From Isurus oxyrinchus (taxonomy: Eukaryota), in contig JANJGN010001184.1 of assembly GCA_026770705.1 (NCBI GenBank), positions 124,001-177,742 of the forward strand: a stretch of DNA of 53,742 nt, read 5' to 3'. This document shows, piece after piece, positions 12,724 to 26,157 of the stretch. Numbering within the stretch: position 1 is the stretch's first letter; each line of letters begins with the position of its first letter. The position numbers and the translations under genes are program-made. The notes under the pieces are model-generated. The model was not told where the DNA came from, made no database searches, and saw only the letters and a list, made by a program, of their open reading frames with translations.

Positions 12724-14422
12724 ATTGTCTAAAAGCAGTTCTGATCTCTGGAGAGCTGTCGGACAAGAGGTGAGGTCTCATTAACTCCTTTCTCTTTCAC
12801 AGCTTGAGAGTGAGAAGCTGATGAAATATCTGCGAGTGGACAATGATCTTACTTCCTCCTGTCAGTTCTCCAAACTAATATCATCGTCAGCTCGGACAGA
12901 TTTATGGTTAATAGTCTTTGTAAAAGATCATTCTTATTGAGCTGTGATTGGGAACCGATTCAGCAGTGAGCCAGTGTATAAACTCAGACCAAGTCCCATT
13001 CACCCATCACCCCTGTGATCACTGATATTCACTGACTCCCTGTCTGACAGCAACAGAAAATTAAAATCCAGGTCATCCTGTAGAAATCCCTCCAAAATTT
13101 TGCAACTCTCCCTATCCATGTTACCTCCTCCAGCCCATACCAACCTCCCTATCTCTGTAACATCTTTCAGCACATATATTACTCCCTATATCTGTAACCT
13201 TGCCCTGCTCCTACAATCCTCCCTATCTCAGTAACCTCCTCCAGCCCCTACCACTCTCCCTAACTCTTTAACCAACTCCAGCCCCTATATCCTTCGCTAT
13301 CTCTGTTAATTTCTCCAGCCCCTACAAACCTCCCTTTCTCTGTAACCTCGTCCACCATTACAACCCTCCCTATTTCTGTAATCTCCTCCAGTACCTACAA
13401 CCCTCCGAGATCTCTGCACTCCTCCAATTCCAGCATCTTGACCATCCCCCGATTCCCATCATTCCATTATTGGCGGCCGTGCCTTCAGCTGCCTGGGCCC
13501 TGAGCTCTGGAATTCAAAATCAAAATTCAGGGATGAATTAACTCCGATAGTCCATTCCCTGAGAGGCCATGATTACATCACAGCAGCATTCAGAATAGAC
13601 AGAGGGTCCAGCCCTCACACTTCTTGCACAGTTTCACCATAACGAAATGAATTAACTGAAAGGTAAACCGTCAGTGTAGAGAGATGAGATATTTACACAG
13701 TTTCCCTGTGTATCTTGTAGACACTGTGTTGGGTGGAAGACTGGCTTCACTAAACAGGGTCCTGAGGACCATGAGCCAATGTAGAATGAACTTGTCCACT
13801 CCTGTGTCCAGGATTCTCTTCTATCCATTGTGATACATTGGGGAGATCCCTGTGTGTCCTCTAGATGGTCCACACTGCAGCCACTGTGCCCCAGTGATGG
13901 AGGGGGTGGATATCGAGTCTAGTGGATCTACAAACTATCCAGAGTTAAATATTTAGATTTCTCTCCCCAGTTGGACTGTCACAAGAGTGGAAAGGTGACA
14001 CTCCACGAGAGGTGACAGCGCAGGAATATTCGTGTGTACAGATTCCATGTCATTACAGTTATCCATCGTGTCTGGAAAACCAACCACAAATTGGAATCTG
14101 ATTTAATGACAAAGTCCTGATAAGATTCTTTATAGCCTTTCACTCCAAGGATCACAGTCACGAGTTACCACTGTTCCGGCATCGGACCCGGCTGTCTGGA
14201 GACCTGAAAGATGGTGACTGTTCACTGATTATAAACAACATCAGACGGGAAGATGCAGGACCTTATTTTTTCAGAATAGAATTTGACAATGGTCCGAGCC
14301 ATAACTATTACCCTGTAACCCAGCTTCACGTTTCTGGTAAGTGCTGTGTTATAATTACTCACCAATTCACATCCAACACTCAATGGGAAATAACACAAAC
14401 TCTGACGTTTACATAATAACAC

Positions 14423-15467
14423 TGTTATGACATGGCAGGTGATGTGTGCCAGGTGGAGAGAATCCACAAAGGGAACTTGGCCAAGCTACCACAATGGTTT
14501 TGCCATTTACATTTGTTGAGAGAAGGCTTATGATGTGAATGCATAAGAATTGAGTCCACTAACACCTTTAGATATTTTAAAATTATATTAAGAAATGTAT
14601 TAACAAAAGAAGAAACATTCAAACACATACAGAAGATTACAGTTACTTGATATTAGAACAAATTCCAAAATTTCTCATTAACCTAATTTCCAACTACACA
14701 CCCCCTTGAAGGCAACAATCCCAATAAATCTTAAATGGAAATGGGAATCCGGCAAGGTTACTGCAGCACCCACTTGACAGTGTAATTCCAAAGTCTTTTA
14801 ACACACCTATAAGCACTGGAGCAGCAAAAGTGAACAGAAACGTTTTACCTAAAAGGATCCATTCCCTGTCTGTTTGATTTCACAGATAAACCCATGATAT
14901 TCCCTGCTGAAATTATTGCAGGCAAGCGTGTGGATGTAAGCTGCACCTTCAACACAACGTGCAATGGAACAGCAGCACCTGTCTTCACCTACTGTACCTT
15001 TCAAGAAATTCATGTCCCCCTCCCACATAACATTCCATCCTTCTTTATGTTGGTTTCTCTCTCTCCAATGTATAAAATCCCATTGTTGCACCTGTCTTGG
15101 GAAATACACTTTTCCCATAATATAAAAATCTTTCATGTTGTCAATATGGCCCATTCCTTTTGGGAAGAATACACATAATAACCTTGCCCTGGTTATCTTG
15201 TTAATTATAAACACCCAACTACCCTTTGACAATCAAACATTCTCTTTACTGATCTAAAATTTCATTTACAGCTTTTCTGTGGAACCCTCATCCTAGCTTG
15301 TCCATCCCCATTTCAGAAGTCTGCTTTGCACCAAACTCTATTGATAGTTTTAACCTCACAGTTGATCTGACTCGAATTCAATTAAATCAGACCCGCAGAC
15401 GGAACCATCTACATTCATTCCCATAAGCCGACAATATTATTCTGAAAAATATCATAGTTTCATCACA
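14423..15467. mobile_element. Solo LTR-like element (TGTTATGA...TCATCACA) in pseudogene B intron
   Basis: Terminal inverted TG..CA, approximate TSD acac/acat, absent from paralogous introns. Reverse-complement homology to 49181-50132. Confidence 0.72.
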
Positions 15468-16959
15468 ACATAAAACACAGTTTAGTATAACGCAGAGTCT
15501 GATTCTCAATAACCTGGTGATAGCTTCCATTCAGTCCAAAAGCAACCTCTAATACTCACTTTAATATCAATGATTAAATGTATTCACTGTGTCCATCAAT
15601 GTTATCAGGTCATCCACTCCCATCTATCTCTAATCTTAGGGCTGTGATTTCTATTTGAACTGATGCTTCACGTTATATTTCTCTAAAAGGATCCATTCTC
15701 TGTCTGTTAGATTTCACAGATAAACCCATGATATTCCCTGCTGAAATTATTGCAGGAAAGCCTGTGGATGTAAGCTGCACCTTCAACACAACGTGCAATG
15801 GAACAGCAGAACCTGTCTTAACCTGGGACACTCCCACTGACGTACCTGGATCAGTCTCAAACACTGTAACTCAGCATGGTGTCACTCTGACCTATACTTC
15901 TGTTCTGACCCTGATCCCATCACTCAAACACCACGGACACACTCTCAGCTGCAGAGTGAGATATCCATCTGTTTCATCGGAGCGGACCCTCGTACTAACT
16001 GTGCAAGGTAAGAACGGACACCCTTCATTATACATTCGCTGGAACAGTCTAGATTACGCTCAGCAGGATCCCATAGAAAGGTATTCTGATGACAATCAGA
16101 TAATCTGTCTTTGAGGGAAAATGGTGACCAGAATACAATTAATAACCGTTTCTGAACATTAACACAGGGGCTTTTATGTCCAGCCAAGGGGCTGATAGAG
16201 CAGAGCAGGAATCTCAATGTACTCACCCCCTGACAGTGCAGCACTCCCTCAGTACTGACCCTCTGACAGTGCAGCACTCACTCAATACTGAACCTCTGAC
16301 AGTACAACACTCCCTCAGTACTGACCCTCCGACAGTGCAGCGCACTTTCAGTACTGAACCTCCAACAGTACAACACTCCCTCAGTACTGACCCTCCGACA
16401 GTGCGGCACTCCCTGAGGACTGTCCCACCGACAGTGCAGCACTCCATCAGTACTGACCCTCCAACAGCGCAACAATTCCTCAGTACTGTCCCTCTGACAG
16501 TGCAACACTCCCTCAAAACTGTCTCTCCGACAGATTAGCACTCCCTCGATACTGTCCCTCTGACAGTGCAGCACTCCCTCAGTACTGTCCCTCTGACAGT
16601 GTAGCACTCCCTCAGTACTGACCCTCCGACAGTGCAGCACTCCCTCAGTACTGTTCCTCTGACAGTGTAGCACTCCCTCAGTAGTGACCCACTGACAGTG
16701 CAGCACTCCCTCAGTACTGACACTGGGGAATTTCAGTCTACTCTGTGGGGCAGGCATCTGCTGAATGGGGTCTTGAACCCCACAAAATTCTAAAACATAC
16801 TGACTCCCTGAGTTCGGGTGTGAAACCCACTGACCCACAGGAGAAACTCCTGGTCAATGACTGTGCACCTGTGAGCAGAAATATCAACACAGGGTCAGGA
16901 CACAAAGGGTTAACAGTTCACCAACATCTCAAAACATGAGCTGCTCTGTCACTTTGAAC

Positions 16960-19900
16960 CAACTTCCTCATTTTGTCTCACAGTGACACATCCACCCTTT
17001 CTAATTAAACACACAGAGGGAGCAGCACAGGAAGAGGTCATTCAGCCCAAGCAGAGCGTGTGGGCAGTTCCTCCCCAGGCGAGCAGTCGGACAGGTCCTG
17101 GGTAAGTAACGGAACGATTGGAATTCACTTCCACCACCAACACCGTCCTTTGTTGATGTTGTGACTTTATGAAGACAGATTCCAATGATTGATGCCTTTG
17201 AAAGATTTCCACTGATTATTGAGATCTGGGTGTGAGTCTCAAGTCTGTTGTACAGAAAATCTTTCTAGCTCAAGGGATGAGGGAACTGTAGATACTTTGG
17301 GGTGTCCTGATGTGGTGAAAGGTGCTATAGAAATGCAAGTCCTTTGTTGTTTTTCATTCTTAAAGCCTTGTAACTCTCTGCAGAACACCTATCATCCCAC
17401 AGGGATGATTATTCTGTGAATTATTCTGTGAAGACATTGTCTAAAAGCAGTTCTGATCTCTCGAGAGCTGTTGGACAAGAGGTGAGGTCTCATTAACTCC
17501 TTTCTCTTTCAGAGTTTCAGAGTGAGAAGCTGATGAAATATCTGGGAGTGGACAATGATTGGAAAATCTTACTTCCTCCTGTCACTTCTCCAAGGTAATA
17601 TCATCGTCAGCTCGGACAGATTTATGGTTAATAGCCTTTGTGAAAGATCATTCTTATTGAGCTGTTATTGGGAACCGATTCAGCAGTGAGCCAGTGTACA
17701 AGCTCACACCAAGTCCCATTCACCCATCACCCCTAAACTATCTGTCTCCTGGTCCTACAACATCTCAAACTTAAAAGTCACATCTCTTTGTTCAAATGCA
17801 TCCATTGCCTCACACTGCCTCCTTATCTCTGTAACCTCCTGCAACTCTCCCAACCAAAGTCCCAGATCTCTGTGTTACTCCAATTCCGGCCTCTTGACCA
17901 TCCCCCGATTCCCATCACTCCAATACTGGCGGCCGGGCCTTCAGCTGCCTGGGACCTGAGCTCTGGAATTCACTCCCTAAACCTCGGCAATGGAGGAGAT
18001 CAGAGGGTTTCATTTTACTGAGAATCACCACGACCACATCACAGCTGCAGTCAGAATAGACAGAGAGTCCAGCCCTCACACTTCCTGCACAGTTTCACCA
18101 TAGCAACCACAATAAGGAAGTAAAATAACTGAAAGTTAAACCGAAGACAAACCAGTCGGTGTAGAGAGATGAGATGTTTACACAGTTTCCCTGTGTATCT
18201 TGTAGACACTGTGTTGGGTGAAAGACTGGCTTCACTAAACAGGGTCCTGAGGACCATGAGCCAATGTAGAATGAACTTGTCCACTCCTGTGTCCAGGATT
18301 CTCTTCCATCCATTGTGAAATCTTGGGGAGATCCCTGTGTGTTCTGTAGATGGTCCACACTGCAGCCACTGTGCCCCAGTGATGGAGGGGGTGGATATCG
18401 AGTCTAGTGGATCTACAAGCCATCCAGAGTTAAATATTGATATTTCTCTCCCCAGTTGGAATGTCACAAGAGTGGAAAGGTGACACTCCACGAGAGGTGG
18501 CAGCGCAGGAAGGTTTCTGTGTACAGATTCCATGTCATTACAGTTATCCATCACATTTGGAAAGCCAACTGCGAGGTGGAGTCTGGTTTAATAATGAGAA
18601 ACAGATTCCCTGGGCTCCCATTGCCTTTCACTCCAAGGATCACAGTCACGAGTTACCACGGTTCCACCATCGGACCCGGCTGTCTGGAGACCTGAAAGAT
18701 GGCGACTGTTCCCTGATGATAAACAACATCAGACGGGAAGATGCAGGACCTTATTTATAAGAATAGAATTTGACAATGGTCGAGCCATAACTATTACAAT
18801 GTAAACCAGCTTCACTTTTGTGGGAAGTGCTGTGTTATAATTACTCAACAATTCACATTCAACACTCAATGGGAAATAACACAAACTGTGATGTTTACAC
18901 ATTAACACAAAACACAGCTTATTATAACACACTGTCTGATTCTCAATAACCTGGTGATCGTTTCCAGTTCAGTCCTAAAGCAACGTCTAATACTCACTTT
19001 AATATCGATGATGAAAAGCATTAACAGCATTATCAGGTTATCCACTCCCATCAATCTCTCCTGTCCTGTTTAAAAGTCTGACGTATCGATAAAAGAAAGA
19101 TGTGCATTTCTGCAGCGCAATTTACCACCTCAGGAGGATCCAAATCCCTTCACAGCCAATGAAATTATTCCTGAATTGTAGTCACAGATGTAAAACACAG
19201 CAGGCAGTTTGTGCACAGCAAGATCCAACAAACGCACTGTAATAAATCACCCAGATCACTGAGGAAATGAGAAGCCAGTGAACTCAAACCTCTGGTCTGA
19301 TGAAGAGTCATACGGACTCGAAACGTTAACCCTGTCTTCCTCTCCACTGATACTGTCAGACCTGCTGAGTCCTTCCAGCAATTTTTGTTTTATTTTCAGA
19401 TTTCCAGCATCCGCAGTATTCTGCTTTTAACTCCAATCTCTGGTCTGAGCCTCTTCTCTCATCCAGTGTTCTCAATTCACATGTCTCGGAGTGAACGTGT
19501 ATTAAGCTGAGAGACAGAAACACTACTGCCAAAGAGCAAGAAAATCTTTCCTGATCATTGTAACCTCTCAGTTCTGATATCATCCTTGTAAAAGTGCTTT
19601 CTCTTGTGGGACTGTGATTTCTATTTGAACTGATGCTTCACGTTATATTTTTCTAAAAGGATCCATTCTCTGTCTGTTAGATTTCACAGATAAAACCACG
19701 ATATTCCCTGCTGAAATTATTGCAGGAAAGCATGTGGATGTAAGCTGCACCTTCAACACAACGTGCAATGGAACAGCAGCGCCTGTCTTAACCTGGGACA
19801 CTCCCACTGACGTACGTGGATCAGTCTCAAACACTGTAACTCAGCATGGTGTCACTCTGACCTATACTTCTGTTCTGACCCTGATCCCATCACTCAAACA

Positions 19901-22301
19901 CCACAGACACACTCTCAGCTGCAGAGTGAGATATCCATCTGTTTCATCGGAGCGGACCCTCGTACTAACAGTGCAAGGTAATTACATGCACCATTCATTC
20001 TACATCAGCACTCCCTCAGCGCTGACCCTCTGACAGTGCAGCCCGTTCTCAGTATCCACATTCTCCGGCCTCTCTAAGTGCTTCAAAGTCAATAGAAGTT
20101 AATTGATATTTATTTGATTATTGCTGAATGAAGAGACAAGCTGTCTAAACTTTACATCTCGCACACACCATTCTCCATGGCAACACCTCCACCTATCAGA
20201 GACCACTTGCCAACCAATCAGCACTCTCTTCCTATAAGTATAAATTGTTGTTCACTTTCTGTTGGTAATCCTGTGAACGGGCTTCTTGATTCCTGCCATG
20301 ACATCTGAATGTCCAAATGAACAGAACAAGTTCCAACAATGAGCTGTGGTTGGTGATTCCTCACGTTACATCCAGGGACACTAGAGACTATCAGTGTGTG
20401 GCAGAGAATGAACATGGAGCAGTGGACGGGTTCATAACCATCACTGTGGAACGTGAGTTACACAGACTTCAACATCTCTCTCAGATTTGAACACTACACA
20501 AACACCATCGAACATACACACCTAAATAGACACGTGCACACACACATATATGACCACACACAAAGACACACACACACAAACACTAACACTCACTCCCTCA
20601 TGGGTTACCTGACCTCCCTCAGTACTGCACTGGAGAGTTGGCCTGAATTCTGGGATTTGTGTTCCCATTCATATTTATGCAAGAATATGGAAATTACTGT
20701 TACAGACACTCAGATGCATAGAGGCTCTCACAGATACTCTCTGCGTCTCCAACTCTCTCTCTCCTTTTAAGAAGCTTCCTGAAACCTAACCCTTTGATGA
20801 ATCACCAACCCAACTCTTCCTTATCTGATTCTATGTGATTTTCTTTGTGTATCTGAGAGTAAGAGAGAGTTGGAGAGGTTTAGTTAGAGAATTCCTGCTG
20901 GTGAAAATCTTACATCATTTACTCACCATTCCAGTGCACATAATTCCCAGTATGTCCAATGCCCCTGTTTATACTGATGACTGCCTATGTAAACGTCACG
21001 CTGTAGTTTCAGCCTCCCATCAGTGGTGGCATTGTAGCACTTAATCCTTGTGTTTCCCAGCTTTCCAAGCAACTCTACTTCCCAGTTTGCTCCACAAGCT
21101 GTGAGTTCATTAGAATTCAATTATTTCTCAAACGGTAGATTTGATGTCATTTTATTGAAAACTTCCTCAGCGCCTCCCTGAAGGGTTTACACTCTCTGGG
21201 AAGCAGGAATAGGCTGGATGTTGGGGAGTTCATCTTTTCCCAGAGAGTAGTGATCCTCGGGAATGTGCTGTCAGTGGGTGTGGTGGTTGCTGTTTCTCTG
21301 TCAACTTCAAGAGGGATCTGGAGTCGTTACTGACTGGGGGAGAGATCATGGAAGCGGAGAATGGTACAGCACAGGAGGAGGCCATTCAGCCCATGGTGCC
21401 TGTGCCAGGTTTTTCAATGTTCTATCCCATCAGATCCACTAACCACCACTCCACTTTGCCCCCATCTTCCTCCTTCAAGTGTTTATACAATTCCACTTTT
21501 GAAAGTTCCTATTGAATCTGCTTCCACTGCCATTTCAGGCAGAACCTTCCAGATCACAACAACTCACTCTGTCAAAACAAATTCTCCTCATCTCCCCCTC
21601 CGGTTCGTCAATCTGTGTCCCTCTGGTTACCGACCCTCCTGCCCCTTAAATACATCGATCCTGTTCACCTCAACCACTCCCTGTGGGAGTGAGTTCCACA
21701 TTCTCCCCTCTCTCTGGGTAAAGATTGGACCTGTTTATTAAGCGGGTGGTGTAAGTCCGTGGGGGAGTCCATCTCGATCCTGCCTGATACGCACACATGT
21801 CCGAGATGGATTTCCACCCGGCACTAAACGTTTCCAGAATTTTCTACAGCACAATCCTGTACACAGCGATGGAGAGAAACATTGGACAGGGAGTCCAACA
21901 GCACAATGATCCATTCTCACCAATGTTCCACGCTAAGGGGAAAGTTCCGATTGTCCACTCTTAGAGTGTTTACAATGAAAACATTCATTCCACATTGAAT
22001 CCCAGTGGATGGGTCAATATTACAGCAAATGTTGCAGTGATATGAAGCTTGATTGTTCAGCCAGAGTGAGAGATTGAAAGCGGAGAGTCAGTGATGATTT
22101 CTTTCTGTGTCTTCTCTAGACAGTGGAGGAGAGATTCTGCACGTGATCCTGATCCTGGGAATACGAGCTGTGATATTCCTTGTGGCTGTGGTTATCACTA
22201 TCGCTGGAGTCTGTGTCTGGGAGAAACAATGTGAAAGGAAGTCGACAGACTGTTTGAAGATTTGTGCAGCAACAATCTGGTCAGTCAGTGCGGACAAATA
22301 A
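16960..22301 (+). pseudogene. Siglec-like pseudogene C (activating-type architecture)
   Basis: Leader 17555-17594 intact (MIGKSYFLLSLLQ). V exon 18456-18822 has a frameshift/TAA at the YFFR motif and a GT>GG donor. C2 19681-19977 open. Ig3 survives only as a 3' half (about 20299-20452). TM exon 22120-22301 has the Arg. Confidence 0.87.
19291..19430 (+). mobile_element. Penelope-like/SINE repeat fragment with hammerhead ribozyme core
   Basis: CTGATGA-A-GAGTC-ATACG-GACTC-GAAACGTT followed by a gacctgctgag..tttcagatttccagcatc tail. Confidence 0.6.
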
Positions 22302-23669
22302 CGTGTGATGTTGTGTTAAGTTGTACTGAAACTGGTCAGTGTCCTGGTTAGAATCACCTTCGTATCAGAGAGGCATTCCAGCACAGTAGGAGACCATTCA
22401 GCCCATTGAGTCCATGCTGTCTCTGTGTAGAGCAATCCAGTCAGTCCCATTCCCCCTCTCTATCCCCGTATCTCTGCAAGATTATTTCCAAGTATCCATC
22501 CAATTTCCTTTTGAAATCGTTCGTCTCCACTTCCACCATCCTCGTAGGCAGCGAGTTCCAGCTCATAACCACTCGCTGTGTAAAAAAGTTCCTCCTCACA
22601 TCCCCCCTCTGCCCAAAACCTTCAATCTGTGTCCCCCAGTCCTTGTCCCATCAGCTAATGGCAACAGCTTCTCTTTCTCTACCGTATCTAAACCCATCAT
22701 CATCTTGTACACCTCGATCAGATCCCCCCTCAATCTCCTTTGCTCCAAGGAGAACAACCCCAGCTTCTCCAACCCAACCTTGTAGCTAAAATCCCTCATC
22801 CCTGGACCCATTCTGCTCAATCTCCTCCCCACCCTCTCAAGGACCCTCACTTCCTTCCCAAAGTGAGGAGACCAGAACTGGACACAATACTCTAGTTGTG
22901 ACCTAACCAGAGCTTTATAAATGTTCAGCATAACCTCCCTGTGTTTGAACTCAATCCCTCAATTTATGAAAAGCTTATTCTTTCCATCAGCACAAACAGC
23001 AATTTCCAAGTGGACTCCCATCAGCAGACAGAGTGCAATGAAACATCGGCATGCCTGCTTCTTAATGTACGGAGAGAAACCTGGAACGAGAGATTCTCCT
23101 TCTTCTCCTCAGCAAGCTGAAACTTTTCCTTATACCTGGTGCTCCCCAGTCCTGCTGTGTGGACACAACATAACCACGGCATTGTCTGGCTGTGTGCAGC
23201 CAACATGGTCGAATAGGAATGAACAGAAATGTGACGTTGCTAAACTCTGTTCTCTGATTGGAATGTGCTTTCTGAATGCTGCACCTTTTTCATGCTGCGA
23301 TAGATTGTAAGAAGCATTTGGGTTATGAATAAAATTACATTGATTAACACAAGTGATTAAAATGCACAGGCTGTTCTGTAGATATTTACACATAAAATTT
23401 CTCATTTTACTGCAAAATCTTGGCTCAAAGACATTACTTCATGTTGTGACGATTTTCCAATCATGTGAATTATTGTGCCCATCTTTATAATGGAAACTTC
23501 CCATGTAAACATGTCACATTGTAGTTAGGCACTCCTGCCATTGGGTGGTGTGATATCAAAGCTGCCTTGCTGCTCAGAAACAGCGAGAAATATTCCTGTT
23601 CTAAATTTGAAGTTAGTGAGACAAAGGCATTCGATGCAATTTTGTGAAACTTGTACAATGTTCTTTAGA

Positions 23670-25390
23670 TAGTGCAGCACTCCTTCACTACTGACCCTCC
23701 AACAGTGCAGCACTCCCTCAGTACTGACCATACAAGAGTGCGACACTACCTCAGTATTGACACACCAAATGTCCAGCACTTCCTCAATACTGACCCTCTG
23801 ACAGTGCAGCACTACCTCAGTACTGACCCTCCGACAGTGCAGCACTACCTCAGTTCTGACCCTCCAACAGTGCAGCACTCCCTCAGTACTGACCCTCTGA
23901 CAGTGCAGCACTCCCTCAGTACTGACCCTCTGAATGTGCAGCACTCCCTCAGTACTGACCCTCTGACAGTGCAGCACTCCCTCAGTACTGTCCCTCTGAC
24001 AGTGCAGCACTCCCTCAGGAACAAGACTCTGACAGTGCAGCACTCCCTCAGTACTGACCCTCCGACAGTGCAGCACTCCCTCAGTACGGACCCTCCGACA
24101 GTGCAGCACTCCCTCAGTACTGACCCTCCAACAGTGCAGCACTCCCTCAGTACTGACCATACAAGAGTGCGACACTACCTCAGTATTGACACACCAAGTG
24201 TCCAGCACTTCCTCAATACTGACCCTCTGACAGTGCAGCACTCCTTCAGTACTGACACACCAAGAGTGCAGCATTCCCTCAGTACTGACCCTCCGACAGT
24301 GCAGCACTCCCTCAGTACTGACCCAATGACAGTGCAGCACTACCTCAGTACTGACCCTCTGACAGCGCAGCACTCCCTCAGTACTGACCCTCTGAATGTG
24401 CAGCACTCCCTCAGTACTGACCCTCTGACAGTGCAGCACTCCCTCAGTACTGTCCCTCTGACAGTGCAGCACTCCCTCAGGAACAAGACTCTGACAGTGC
24501 AGCACTCCCTCAGTACTGACCCTCCGACAGGGCAGCACTCCTCAGAACTGCCCCTCCAAGAGTGCAGCACTACCTCAGTACTGAGCCTCTGACAGTGCAG
24601 CATTCCCTCTGTACTGACCCTCTGACAGTGCAGCACTACCTCAGTACTTACCCTCCGACAGTGCAGCACTCCCTCAGTACTGACCCTCTGAATGTGCAGC
24701 ACTCCCTCAGTACTGACCCTCTGACAGTGCAGCACTCCTTCAGTACTGTCCCTCTGACAGTGCAGCACTCCCTCAGGAACAAGACTCTGACAGTGCAGCA
24801 TTCCCTCAGTACTGACCCTCCGACAGGGCAGCACTCCTCAGAACTGTCCCTCCAAGAGTGCAGCACTACCTCAGTACTGAGCCTCCGACAGAGCAGCATT
24901 CCCTCTGTACTGACCCTCTGACAGTGCAGTACTACCTCAGTGCTAACCCTCCGACAGTGCAGCACTCCCTCAGTACTGACCCTCTGAATGTGCAGCACTC
25001 CCTCAGTACTGACCTTCTGACAGTGCAGCACTCCCTCAGTACTGACCCTCTGACAGTGCAGCACTCCCTCAGTATTGACCCTCTGACAGTGCAGCACGCC
25101 CTCAGTACTGACCTTCTGACAGTGCAGCACTCCCTCAGTACTGACCCTCTGACAGTGCAGCACGCCCTCAGTACTGACCCTCTGACAGTGCAGCACTCCC
25201 TCAGTACTGACCCTCTGACAGTGCAGCATGCCCTCAGGAACAATACAACAATACTCTGACAGTGCAGAACTCCTTTGCTGCTGACCCTCCAACAGAGCAG
25301 CACTTCTTCAGACCTGATCCTGCGACAGAGCAGCACCCCATCAGTACTGACCCCCTGATGGTGCCGCACGTGCTCAGTATTTACCCTGCA
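23670..25390 (+). repeat. 33-bp minisatellite (CAGTGCAGCACTCCCTCAGTACTGACCCTCYGA)n
   Basis: Direct tandem units with higher-order duplications. Related arrays at about 6660-7060, 10750-11420, 16230-16720 and 33000-33190 (+), and about 36027-36257, 39115-39312, 42155-42420, 45270-45470 and 48322-48522 (-). Confidence 0.95.
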
Positions 25391-25568
25391 ACAGCACAAT
25401 TTAATATTAACCCTCGGAGCCATGGTAGAAAACTGACGTTACCAAATAGCAAACAACAGAAGAGAAGCATCACAGAGTCACAATAAATAGGTCAAAAGTG
25501 TGATTATGTTGTAACGCTTTGTGGTATGAAGCACTCATTCCTACTGCCTGTTTACTCACTCCTTTGCT

Positions 25569-25708
25569 ACTTCCTCATTTTGTCTCACAGTGACACATCA
25601 ACCCTTTCTAATTAAATACACAGAGGGAGCAGCACAGGAAGAGGTCATTCAGCCCAAGCAGAGCGTGTGGGCAGTTCCTCCCCAGGCGAGCAGTCGGACA
25701 GGTCCTGG
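25569..25708 (+). promoter_or_regulatory. Putative promoter (PU.1/ETS box) and non-coding exon 1 of gene D; copies at about 11613-11752 and 16962-17101
   Basis: ACTTCCTCATTTT (AAAATGAGGAAGT on the - strand), an AT-rich box, then a ~90-nt segment ending in CTGG|GTAAGT. Near-identical upstream of all three leader exons. Confidence 0.55.
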
Positions 25709-26157
25709 GTAAGTAACGGAACGATTGGAATTCACTTCCACCACCAACACCGTCTTTTGTTGATGTTGTGACTTTATAAAGACAGATTCCAATGATTGAT
25801 GCCTTTGAAAGATTTCTACTGATTATTGAGATCTGGGTGTGAGGCTCAAGTCTGTTGTACAGAACATCTTTCTAGCTCAAGGGATGAGGGAAGTGCAGAG
25901 ACATGAGCTTGGGGGCGTCCTGAGATGGTGAAAGGTGCTATAGAAATGCAAGTCCTTCATTGTTTTTCTTTTTCAAGCCTTGTAACTCTCTGCAGAGCAC
26001 CTATCATCCCACAGAGAATCAAATTAATCTGTGAAGATATTGTCTAAAAGCAGTTCTGATCCCTCGAGAGCTGTCGGACAAGAGGTGAGGTCTCATTAAC
26101 TCCTTTCTCTTTCAGAGTTTGAGAGTGAGAAGCTGTTGAAATATCTGGGAGTGGACA

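Larger units (their letters stand above)
11600..16007 (+). pseudogene. Siglec-like pseudogene B (non-coding exon 1, defective leader, V with stop, C2, no Ig3 or TM)
   Basis: Leader at 12843 has an 8-nt deletion and a donor changed from caaggtaat to caaactaat. V exon 13971-14336 has TGG>TGA at 14099-14101. C2 exon 15711-16007 is open but is followed directly by the gene C promoter. Confidence 0.88.

Noticed and set aside
23525-25423. Long ORFs (up to 337 aa) of VLHCQRVSTEG / QHSLSTDPLTV repeats; superficially CRISPR-like periodicity
   Set aside because: Translation of a 33-bp minisatellite (multiple of 3, few stops). No unique spacers, no cas genes, and the DNA is eukaryotic.
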